Source of the DNA: Minisyncoccota bacterium
GTDB taxonomy: Bacteria > Patescibacteriota > Minisyncoccia > Phycocordibacterales > CALRHW01
Length of the DNA stretch: 64,000 nucleotides
NCBI GenBank assembly: GCA_046350795.1
Contig: JAXLZT010000001.1
Coordinates: 309,780-373,779, forward strand
Direction of reading: 5' to 3'
Shown: in pieces, positions 28,901 to 35,705 of the stretch
Position numbering within the stretch: the stretch's first letter is position 1
Layout: each line of letters begins with the position of its first letter
Notes under the pieces: generated by a model
Seen by the model: the letters and a program-made list of their open reading frames with translations, nothing else
Told to the model about the DNA's origin: nothing
The model's database searches: none
Program-made: the position numbers and the translations under genes

Positions 28901-29356
28901 ACTGTGAATATTTTTGTGGGAGATGATTATCAGGATGAAGGTGTAACTATCACTGATGATGAGGATGATAACCTAAGCTATAATATTTCTTTAGATAATG
29001 AGAGCCCTGTAGATCCAGAAGATTTTGAATTGGATACTGATTATCGTGGTGAGCATGAGTTGGTCTTTAGTACAACGGATAGTGATGGAAATACAAGTAC
29101 AATTACTCGTACGGTTATTGTAAAAGAGAAAAATGATAGCTCCGGTGGTGGAAATGGTGGTGACGATGATAGTGGTGATAATTCTGGTGGTGACTCAGGC
29201 GGTAACTCAGGAGGTGATTCATCTGACAATACTGGTAATGATGGTGGTTCTGATGGTGGGGGTGATGCAGATTCAGGTCAGCGTAATGATAAATTGGATA
29301 GCGGTTCTGGTGATAATGCGGGATTTTCAGGAGATGAAAAATCTTCAGAAATTTAA
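22988..29356 (+). CDS. giant (2122 aa) repeat-rich fibre-like surface protein with C-terminal intramolecular-chaperone (peptidase S74-like) domain, Ig-like (DUF5011-like) domain and acidic Gly/Ser/Asp-rich tail
   Basis: It has an N-terminal signal-anchor. It contains at least 5 copies of the ~45-aa repeat 'NVGIGTTSPYAKLSVVGQVVASYFTATSSTASTFPYASTTALTVSG'. Near 28.3-28.57 kb the block 'SSLRSTKHDI...SFVYNDGDGRVRYGFIAEDTAAVDPHL...ISVKAIKQL' matches the consensus of the tail-fibre/endosialidase auto-cleaving chaperone domain (S.DxRxKxxI ... GFIAQEV...). This is followed by 'PVIKLNGEETVNIFVGDDYQDEGVTITDDEDD...TSTITRTVIV' (DUF5011-like). Confidence 0.85.
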   Translation: MNFIIKNIIKARRLFKKSVVVFVVFVMVITQIFAGGIVFKNNIAEAAINKQINYQGKLTNTSNVAVADGTYHMKFYLYTVATGGSPVWTEDRSTAVGDRVAVTNGLFSVMLGSSTPLTSVDFNQTLYLGVEIGGSSGSPSWDGEMTPRKVIGAVPAAFVADTLDNISSEQFLRADASNSTSTATSWLSFVQNGAGKIAEFFGPSSASVLSILSGGNVGVGTSSPYSKLSVAGNVVANNFYATSSNSYNYFMGTTTVGTLSPSSKLTVSEGNYLVEIADLDDQRGLHVSDGGNSASIVDSSAGAGISATGGTYGVLGSNNSASGYAIFAQQDNSAGYGIWSSGGQNYFQGNVGIGTSSPYAPLSVLGQIVGSYFTATTSIASTFPYASSTALTVSGTGYFGTASTTNLTVSSAPNCSGSSALNTNSSGVVSCGAITGFSTFSYPFTSATNFGVNTSATSTALWAQAGIFASSTSYFPLGTWRSDGFVGIGTSSPLYTLHVASTTSATTGVQDVMAVEITTSGNPAAGFGPSILFKDAGANADHLARIAAVYEAISGGGGTKGGALSFYTNPSATAGSANLAERMRISLDGNVGIGTTSPYAKLSIVGQVVGAYFTATTSTASTFPYASTTALTVSGTGYFAGSGIWNSSGFLGVGTTSPWAQLSINPNGIGSGPSFAIGSSTKTDFIVLNNGRVGVGTTSPAGTFAVQGKTGGSNGLGAGDNIFLTAGTGNIGKGGKVIITGGLGGTTGLNQDEAGGDILITAGSANYVDGVGNGGNVFIDPGANSPGGIIGNILLATTNAGNVGIGTTSPYAKLSVVGQVVASYFIATSSTASTFPYASTTALTVSGSAYIGSLNGPLQANNGLVSATSSIGVLYGGTGLTSAPSYGQLLLGNSSSGYTLTATSSLGLLSSSAIGTGSIGQFPYYAGSGNTLTATSGVIINTLGNVGIGTTSPANSSKLGVAGNTFIGGTLTTTGAITSGAGISLTGDINISAATNRSITASGDGVTAGSFTIQGVNSFGSAPGSLKLIAGSDGDTANAGANIYISGGTGSSDGNVILGHNGSQNIGNVGIGTTSPYAKLSVVGQVVASYFTATSSTASTFPYASTTMITATTASTTNLTISGISGCSGSNALTTNSSGVVACGAISGGGGTFPFTPTTNFGVNTSATSTALWAQAGIYASSTSYFPLGTWNSSGSLGVGTTSPWGLLSVQGLSDIPQLVVKANSTQTSNLFELRNSSGSRLSSISGTGYTFKVNETGAVTTIGGYPGSESTYSGVWLAQSSPSGSNYSLLADTSDTYINAPVSNLRFRIGNSEKVVISDSSGFTAYDIYSTNGAILTNRSGQFYIDNLNASGDIIMRPGNKTESARFTYGGFVGIGTTSPWAQLSINSNGITGPSFAIGSSTATSFLVDNGGGVMVGTTTHLSTDKLALNGGNFYIRNLTPQFVLRDTAVNDQNFGMRMQSGTASFFRANNDSSLSAFLLGMDVNNAYTGFATSAPKARISLLRGTTAAEGINFGDDVNLYRSAADSLKTDDNFYVSTGIVLEAGSSGRIYANGGLVNLSSASNSRVRTTDTGVAIDRDIADGSTALYVKQINASATGNIFELANSSATTTVFTQAGLLGLGTTSPFAKLSIHLKSTETYGNIFAIASSTASATTTLFTVSNTGVTTIGDSAGTGDSNMQFANDNDAWSIGYSSANKAFNIASSTSISTNVGFTITKGTSLAVGIGTTTPWKAFSVNGAVGFDGLTSSIGAGSLCLTSNKEVVYNSGTDACLSSLRSTKHDITALQVDALSLINGLESVSFVYNDGDGRVRYGFIAEDTAAVDPHLSTYNEFGNLSGIDDRAIASISVKAIKQLNINLESLASSTLVFDEDAVEGSSAFFAKKFFDNVFARVTEFFADATNGVGNMFANVFMAKEKICVDDQCLTKDDVKKLLIMVNNSNFNNEDGEDEGGSNGHDNSSGSPVIKLNGEETVNIFVGDDYQDEGVTITDDEDDNLSYNISLDNESPVDPEDFELDTDYRGEHELVFSTTDSDGNTSTITRTVIVKEKNDSSGGGNGGDDDSGDNSGGDSGGNSGGDSSDNTGNDGGSDGGGDADSGQRNDKLDSGSGDNAGFSGDEKSSEI
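23634..26310 (+). repeat. intragenic ~140-bp coding repeats (>=5 copies; copies at ~24755, 25391 and 26189 are ~90% identical at nt level)
   Basis: Direct comparison shows aacgt(c/t)ggcatcggcaccacatctcc(a/g)ta(t/c)gcaaaact(t/c)tc... recurring at 24755, 25391 and 26189. More diverged copies lie at 23634 and 24035. Additional repeat pairs are 24335/26468 and 24960/27125. Confidence 0.85.
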
Positions 29357-29362
29357 AAATAT

Positions 29363-30964
29363 ATGAAAAGAACAAAACAAAAAATATATAAATTTACAGT
29401 GTCTCTAATGTTGTTGTTTTTTATATTTTCTTTTAAGAGCGTTTTTGGTGGAGATTATATAAAAACAGTTACAGATTTTATGGCTGATGGTACATGGACT
29501 GCTCCTACTGGAGTGACAAATATATCTATAGAAGGATGGGGTGGAGGCGGTGCGGGTGCAGGTAATACTGCCGATACTGTTTATGGTGAGGGAGCGGGTG
29601 GAGGCGGTGCTTATGCAAAAATAAATTCTTTTACTGTGACTCCTGGATCAGACTACACTGCAGATGTGGGTGCTGGTGGCGTAGGTAGCACTGGTCAAAA
29701 TGTAGACGGTTCGGATACTACTTTCAATAGCACTACCATGGTGGCGGACGGTGGTCTCGGTGGTTCTAATGAAGGTGGTGGCAACGGTGGAGGTGCTGGA
29801 GGTACCACGGGCAATAGTACTGGGGACGTGGAATATGCTGGTGGATCCGGTGGAGCCGGCGGTGGGACTAATATTGGATCTGGTGGAGGTGGTGGAGCCG
29901 GTGGAGCCGGAGGAGCCGGAGGAGTCGGCGGTAATGGTTCTTCGGGTGTGGGAGGAACAGCTGGTGCCGGTGGTTTGGGTCTTGAGGCTATTTATAATTT
30001 TTTATGGAATATTGGTGGGGAAGGAACTACTGGTTCAACCTCTGGACGTAACGGTAATCCCGGTGCTTATCCTGGTGGTGGGGGTGCTGGTGCATATGTT
30101 AACAACAGCACGGATCGCACTGGTGGAAGTGGTACTGCGGGTAAGATAGCTATTACATATGTAGAACCTTCTAGCTCGGGATACCCACAGTTTGTCAGTA
30201 AAAGTGTTTTCGCTACATCTACCGCTACTTCTGCCACAGTACCTTTGCCACCAGGTTATCTAAAGGGAGATCTAATACTTTTTTTTATTGCCGGTAGACC
30301 GTCCGGTAGCGCGGGGTCAAATGACACTATTACAGTACCCGCTGGCTGGACTCAGCGCGGATCACGACAAAGACTTGAAGTGGGTATACTTGATGCAGTT
30401 TCAGAGTTGTGGTACAAGGTGGCTACTTCTACAAATGATTCAAATACTGTGAGCGTTGGAACAGCTTTTTCTGGTACTGAAGGTTGGGTTATGCAGACAT
30501 TTGCTTACCGTGGTGTCAATCAAAGCTCTCCTTTCTCTGCTACAAATGTGGGCGGAACTAATGCATCATCAGTTACTTTTACTCCCACCGGTGCTACTCC
30601 TGCACCATTAAACTCATCAAACAGATCGAGAGTTGTAACTTTTGTATTATCTACTGATAATAATATGCTCGCTTTTGATTCATCTAGAGGATTTCTTACT
30701 CGTGCTGGATCAAATGAGGCTGTCGGATCTACGATTGGATCAACAGCTGTTGCCCCCGCAGTTTCTCTATATGTTGCTGATCAAGCAACAACCACTACGA
30801 GTGCTGCTACCATGCCCGTTTTTGAACAAGTGATTAATGGAGCCGATGGTTGGCTGTATATTAGTGAAGCTCTTGAGCCTGCACCACCATCAAAAAATCT
30901 AGTTACCTTTGGTGCTAAAATTTTAAAAATAATTGGAGGTAAGTTGATACTAAACCAGCAATAA
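29363..30964 (+). CDS. secreted glycine-rich protein with 'TWTAPTGVTNISIEGWGGGGAG' motif (Gly_rich-type, as in actinophage minor tail proteins)
   Basis: It has a signal peptide and long Gly-rich tracts (GGSGGAGGGTNIGSGGGGGAGGAGGAGGVGG). Its start is 7 nt after the giant gene's stop, so it is probably co-transcribed. Confidence 0.7.
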   Translation: MKRTKQKIYKFTVSLMLLFFIFSFKSVFGGDYIKTVTDFMADGTWTAPTGVTNISIEGWGGGGAGAGNTADTVYGEGAGGGGAYAKINSFTVTPGSDYTADVGAGGVGSTGQNVDGSDTTFNSTTMVADGGLGGSNEGGGNGGGAGGTTGNSTGDVEYAGGSGGAGGGTNIGSGGGGGAGGAGGAGGVGGNGSSGVGGTAGAGGLGLEAIYNFLWNIGGEGTTGSTSGRNGNPGAYPGGGGAGAYVNNSTDRTGGSGTAGKIAITYVEPSSSGYPQFVSKSVFATSTATSATVPLPPGYLKGDLILFFIAGRPSGSAGSNDTITVPAGWTQRGSRQRLEVGILDAVSELWYKVATSTNDSNTVSVGTAFSGTEGWVMQTFAYRGVNQSSPFSATNVGGTNASSVTFTPTGATPAPLNSSNRSRVVTFVLSTDNNMLAFDSSRGFLTRAGSNEAVGSTIGSTAVAPAVSLYVADQATTTTSAATMPVFEQVINGADGWLYISEALEPAPPSKNLVTFGAKILKIIGGKLILNQQ

Positions 30965-31014
30965 GTACTTGTATTATAGAGCTTGCATTTTTGTATAAAA
31001 TGTGGTATCTTTCT

Positions 31015-31375
31015 TTGAGTCTTGTGTTGGATGATTGCTGTGGGCGCAAGCTCATAGAGGAAAGTCCGAACATACGGTCGCGCCTTCAAAAGCGTGACAA
31101 GAGTAGCGGGTAACACCCGTCCGGAGCAATCCGCGAGATGCGAACAGAGACGTCGCAAAGCGAAAGTGATGCGATATCCAAAGACGCCTTAAAACGATTT
31201 TGGATAAGCTCGCATGGCAACATGTGAGTTGCAACGGCTAAATTCTTACTTGTATGCAAGGCCGTGCTCTGCGCAAGCAGAGAGTGCCGCTTGATCCACT
31301 CGGTAACGAGATGGACAGATAAATAATCATCGTCCGCAAGGATACAGAATTCGGCTTATAGACACAAGACAAACA
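31015..31375 (+). ncRNA. rnpB: RNase P RNA (bacterial type A-like)
   Basis: Conserved boxes are 'GAGGAAAGUCCGAAC' (P4 5' strand) and 'ACAGAAUUCGGCUUAUA' (P4 3' strand). The P1 helix is GTCTTGTGT (31019-31027) pairing with ACACAAGAC (31362-31370). It is a GC-rich patch in an AT-rich intergenic region with a terminator right after. The track ORFs 30781..31158(-) and 31052..31234(-) fall inside it and are considered spurious. Confidence 0.8.
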
Positions 31376-31384
31376 CATCAAAAA

Positions 31385-31412
31385 GGCCCGCCTAAAGCGG
31401 GTCTTTGTGTTT
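31385..31412 (+). terminator. rho-independent terminator after rnpB
   Basis: The sequence is ggCCCGCctaaaGCGGGtctttgtgttt. Confidence 0.7.
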
Positions 31413-31494
31413 GAGTAGGTATAAAAATAGATTGAGTTATAGCCACCGATTTTATATAATAGTATGTATTAAGTCATTTATCTTTATAAAAAAT

Positions 31495-33924
31495 ATGGAA
31501 GAAATAAATAAAGGAGGATTGGGTATAAGGTCGATTTTTAGATTAGAAAATCTTCCAACCTTTTTTATACTACTTTTAGTTTTTCTTCTACCTTTTTTCT
31601 TTATTCCTTCTGCACATTTTTCTGTATTATCTAGTAAAACCATCCTGACCTTCACCCTCGTTATTGTTTCTCTATGTCTTTTTCTCGTTTCTATTTTAAA
31701 GAAGGGTAAATTTAGTGTGCCGGCAAGTAAAATGTATATTTCAGTCGCTTTGGTTCCCATTGTGTTTTTAGTTTCTGCAATTTTAAGCAGGGTGCCTTCT
31801 ATGTCTATAATGAGTTTTGGTTATGAGACGGGTACGTTTTGTTTTATTTTGGCCATGTTTCTTCTTTTGTTTTTGTCAGCGAACCTATTTCAATCTGAGA
31901 AAAACACCTTCTATTCTTATTTAGCGTTGTTCGCTTCATTTTCTCTTGTATCCCTGTTTCATATTGTAAGATTATTTTTCGGTCCTTCTGTTTTATCTTT
32001 TGGTTTTTTTAATGCACCAACACAAACTTTTTTGGGTGGTTGGTATGATTTGTCTACTTTTTATGGTATTACATTGATTCTTTCTCTTGTAAGTATAGAA
32101 ATGCTTAAGGTCAGTGGTCTTTTAAAAATTTTATTACGGGTGGTCTTTTTTGTTTCTTTCTGTTTCATTGTAATAATAAGCTTTTCTGTGCTTTGGGTTG
32201 TTTTGGCATTTTTATCTTTGATATTTTTTGTTTATATTTTTTCTTTTGAGCAGGTATCAAGTGTGGGAGAAAAAAGATTGGGTAACGATGGAGAGATAAT
32301 ACATATTTCAAAAAGTGATGGAAATTTAAGAAAGATATCAATTTTAACTTTAGTTGTTTTAATAGTATCTTGTCTCTTTTTGACTCCACTCGTAAGTAGT
32401 ATAAGTAGTTCAATATCTTCTACTTTTAACATAGTAAATATAGAGGCCAGACCTTCATGGGGTGCCACACTAGATGTTTCAAGAAATGTCTTGAAAAACG
32501 ACGCTTTCTTTGGTGCTGGTCCAAATACTTTCGTCTCACAGTGGCAACTTCTAAAACCAACACCTATAAATCTTACCCCTTTCTGGGATACAGACTTTAA
32601 TGTTGGTATAGGTTTTATTCCTACTTTCCTTTCCACCACAGGTATTTTGGGTATATTGAGTTGGTTTATTTTCTTGGGTTTCTTTTTGTATGCTGGTTTT
32701 ATATCACTTTTTGCGCGTGGTGAGACTGGATTTGCAAAGTATCTTACAGCATCTTCTTTTTTCGTTTCTTTGTATCTCTGGATTATTGCTATTGTTTATA
32801 CTCCAGGTACTTCTATTATCGTCTTAACTTTTTTCTTTACCGGACTATTTTTTGCTTCTTTGCATAGAGAAGGTTTTTTGCGATCTATTCCTGTATCTTT
32901 TTCTGCTTATCCGCGCGCAAGCTTTGCTATGGTGCTTTCTTTGGTGCTTGTAATGGTAGCTACTCTTTCACTCGGTTATTTCTTTGCTGAAAGGACACTT
33001 TCTTCTTATTATTTTTCAAAAGGTATTTATGCTGTATCTCAGAAAAATGATATAGAGAATGGAGAGTTATATATTTCAAAAGCTATTAGTTTGTGGGGCA
33101 ACGATATTTATTTTAGAGGTTTTTCTGAGTTGCAGATTATGAGATTGAGCAATATCGTAGCTAGTGTAAAAGGGGACCAGGTTTCAGATGAAGTAAAAAA
33201 TGAGTTTCAAAGAGTCCTCGGATCAGCTATAGATAGTGCAAATAAAGCCGTTCTATTTAATCCTGCAAATTATCAAAATTGGATTTCTGTGGCGCGAGTA
33301 TATGAGTCAGTGAGTCCTTTGGGTATAGATCAGGCATATGAAAATTCTGTGAAAGCTTACAATGAGGCGATAAAGGCGAGTCCGCAAAATCCAAAGATTT
33401 ATCTTATGCTTGCACGTCTTGAAGCTAGTAAAAATGATTTTGTGAAAGCAAAAGAATATCTCGCACAAGCGCTTGCACAGAAGCCGGATTATACAGAAGC
33501 GATATTTTTTAGATCACAGATAGAGGTGGCTGAAGGTAATATAAAAGGGGCAATATCTTCTATGGAGGGCATAGCTCTTATTTCTCCAAATGATGCCGGC
33601 GTATTTTTTGAACTTGGTTTGTTAAATTATAATAATAAAGATTTTGCTAGGGCTGTCAGCGCTTTTGAGAGAGCCATTGTTTTGGTACCTCAATACTCAA
33701 ATGCAAAATATTTCTTGGGTTTGAGTTATGAAAAGCTTGGTAGGAGGGCAGATGCTATAGCTCAGTTTGAAGGTATATCTGTACTAAATCCAGACAATGC
33801 AGAGGTTGCTTTGATTTTAAAAAATCTAAGAGCGGGTAGGGGTGCATTTACCGATGCCGAACCGCCCGTAGATGATAAACCAGAAAAGAGGAGCAAGCTA
33901 CCGGTAGATGAATTAGAAAATTAG
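31495..33924 (+). CDS. large polytopic membrane protein with C-terminal TPR-repeat domain (second O-antigen-ligase/PMT-like TPR membrane protein in the window)
   Basis: It has >12 predicted TM helices. The C-terminal ~280 aa are TPR-like (…AYNEAIKASPQNPKIYLMLARLEASKNDFVKAKEYLAQALAQKPDYTEA…). Start is taken at the in-frame ATG 31495 (MEEINKGG...); the track start 31405 reads through the promoter region. Confidence 0.6.
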   Translation: MEEINKGGLGIRSIFRLENLPTFFILLLVFLLPFFFIPSAHFSVLSSKTILTFTLVIVSLCLFLVSILKKGKFSVPASKMYISVALVPIVFLVSAILSRVPSMSIMSFGYETGTFCFILAMFLLLFLSANLFQSEKNTFYSYLALFASFSLVSLFHIVRLFFGPSVLSFGFFNAPTQTFLGGWYDLSTFYGITLILSLVSIEMLKVSGLLKILLRVVFFVSFCFIVIISFSVLWVVLAFLSLIFFVYIFSFEQVSSVGEKRLGNDGEIIHISKSDGNLRKISILTLVVLIVSCLFLTPLVSSISSSISSTFNIVNIEARPSWGATLDVSRNVLKNDAFFGAGPNTFVSQWQLLKPTPINLTPFWDTDFNVGIGFIPTFLSTTGILGILSWFIFLGFFLYAGFISLFARGETGFAKYLTASSFFVSLYLWIIAIVYTPGTSIIVLTFFFTGLFFASLHREGFLRSIPVSFSAYPRASFAMVLSLVLVMVATLSLGYFFAERTLSSYYFSKGIYAVSQKNDIENGELYISKAISLWGNDIYFRGFSELQIMRLSNIVASVKGDQVSDEVKNEFQRVLGSAIDSANKAVLFNPANYQNWISVARVYESVSPLGIDQAYENSVKAYNEAIKASPQNPKIYLMLARLEASKNDFVKAKEYLAQALAQKPDYTEAIFFRSQIEVAEGNIKGAISSMEGIALISPNDAGVFFELGLLNYNNKDFARAVSAFERAIVLVPQYSNAKYFLGLSYEKLGRRADAIAQFEGISVLNPDNAEVALILKNLRAGRGAFTDAEPPVDDKPEKRSKLPVDELEN

Positions 33925-33931
33925 ACTAAAA

Positions 33932-35614
33932 ATGGTATATAAGATATTAAAGTTTTTAAACAAAGAGATAAGCGGGCTCCATGAGGCCGCTTATCTTTTA
34001 GGTTTCTTTGCTATTTTTTCTCAGCTTTTGGCGCTTGTGCGAGATAGACTTTTTGCCAATTACTTTGGTGCTGGACACGCACTAGATCTTTACTACGCTT
34101 CTTTTAGAATTCCAGATTTTATCTTTGTCACTGTGGCTTCTTTGGTGTCTATATCTGTACTGATTCCTTTTTTAATAGAAAAAGTATCTCAAAGCAAAGA
34201 GGAGGCAAAAAAATTTATCAATTCGGTTTTTTCTGCTTTCTTTTTCCTAATTTTGTTATCTTGTATAATATTTTTCTTTTTGATTCCATTTTTGACCGCT
34301 AGACTTTTTCCCGGTTTTTCTACGGCTACAGATCAAGGACAACTCGTTTTTATGTCTCGGATACTTTTACTTTCTCCTATCTTACTCGGAATTTCTAGTT
34401 TTCTCGGCAGTATTACACAGATGGCCAATAGATTTTTCATCTATGCTCTTAGTCCAATACTTTACAATGTGGGAATTATTTTTGGTGTGGTGTTTTTATC
34501 TCCTTTATATGGAGTGACGGGGTTGATATGGGGGGTAATCATTGGGGCGATACTTCACGTTGGTATACAAGTTCCTTTTGTTGTGCGTCACGGTTTTTTA
34601 CCAAAGATTATTTTCAAAATAGATTTTTCTGAAATAAAAAAAGTCGTCATGATTTCTTTACCGCGTGCTCTTACCATATCTGCTCCAGAACTTGCGAGAT
34701 TTGTGCTTATTGCTATAGCTAGTGCTATGGCGGTGGGTTCTATTTCTGTATTTAGTTTTGCAAGCAATCTGCAATCAGTACCTCTTAGTATTATCGCAGT
34801 CAGCTATTCTCTCGCAGCATTTCCAATACTCACAAGACACTTTGTCTCTGGAGATAGAAATAAATTTGTAGATCAGATGATATCCGGATGTCGACACGTT
34901 ATCTTTCTTTCAATGCCAGTGATGATACTTTTTATGGTCTTGAGAGCACAGATAGTGCGCACCATTTTGGGTTCTGGTCAATTTAGCTGGTCCGACACTA
35001 GACTTACTGCTGCATGTCTTGCAATTTTTGCTGTATCACTCATACCCCAATCGCTAATGCTTCTTTTTGTAAGAGCGTATTATTCTAGTGGTAATACCAA
35101 GACCCCCCTTGCCGTAAATGTTTTTTCTTCTGTTTTTATGGTGGTTAGTGGTTTTTTACTTACTTATATTTTCAACACCATACCTGTCTTTCAGTTTTTT
35201 ATAGAATCTCTTTTTAAAGTAGTAGATATATCTGGTAGTGTGGTGCTCATGATGCCACTTGCGTACTCTGTTGGATCTTGGATCGGTTTTATTATTTATT
35301 GGATTTTGTTTCAAAAAGAATTTCGTACATTTTCACAGCCCGTTTTATCCACCGCTTTTCAAAGCTTTTCTGCTTCTGTGATAATGGGTTTTATGGCATA
35401 CAAATATCTAGACATTTTTGATGAAATTTTTGATATAAATACTTTTTGGGGAATATTTTTACAAGGGTTTTTCTCTGGAGTTATAGGGTTGTTTTGTGGA
35501 ATAGTGTTGCTAAAGTTGCTTAAGAATAAAGAGTTGGAAGAAATGTGGCGCGCTTTGCATAAAAAGTTTTGGAAGGCAAAGGTCATTGGTCCGGATCCTG
35601 AAGTGGGTCAATAA
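33932..35614 (+). CDS. murJ: lipid II flippase MurJ (MviN)
   Basis: The N-terminus 'LGFFAIFSQLLALVRDRLFANYFGAGHALDLYYASFRIPDFIF' is MurJ-typical. It has 14 TM segments and is 560 aa long. Confidence 0.85.
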   Translation: MVYKILKFLNKEISGLHEAAYLLGFFAIFSQLLALVRDRLFANYFGAGHALDLYYASFRIPDFIFVTVASLVSISVLIPFLIEKVSQSKEEAKKFINSVFSAFFFLILLSCIIFFFLIPFLTARLFPGFSTATDQGQLVFMSRILLLSPILLGISSFLGSITQMANRFFIYALSPILYNVGIIFGVVFLSPLYGVTGLIWGVIIGAILHVGIQVPFVVRHGFLPKIIFKIDFSEIKKVVMISLPRALTISAPELARFVLIAIASAMAVGSISVFSFASNLQSVPLSIIAVSYSLAAFPILTRHFVSGDRNKFVDQMISGCRHVIFLSMPVMILFMVLRAQIVRTILGSGQFSWSDTRLTAACLAIFAVSLIPQSLMLLFVRAYYSSGNTKTPLAVNVFSSVFMVVSGFLLTYIFNTIPVFQFFIESLFKVVDISGSVVLMMPLAYSVGSWIGFIIYWILFQKEFRTFSQPVLSTAFQSFSASVIMGFMAYKYLDIFDEIFDINTFWGIFLQGFFSGVIGLFCGIVLLKLLKNKELEEMWRALHKKFWKAKVIGPDPEVGQ

Positions 35615-35705
35615 TGCTACAAATATTGCAAAACAATGTTTGAGGAGCACGGATAAATTTCTATTGTTTTGCCTTATTTGCACTTTTTCTGCTACTATAC
35701 CACTT

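Noticed and set aside
29115-29375. His/Tyr-rich 86-aa minus ORF and 77-aa plus ORF
   Set aside because: These are antisense or alternative-frame readings of the GGT/GAT-rich acidic tail of the giant gene. Their composition is an artefact of the repeat.
30781-31234. Two minus-strand ORFs (125 aa and 60 aa)
   Set aside because: They lie inside the RNase P RNA gene. The GC-rich structured RNA creates open frames, and no protein features are present.
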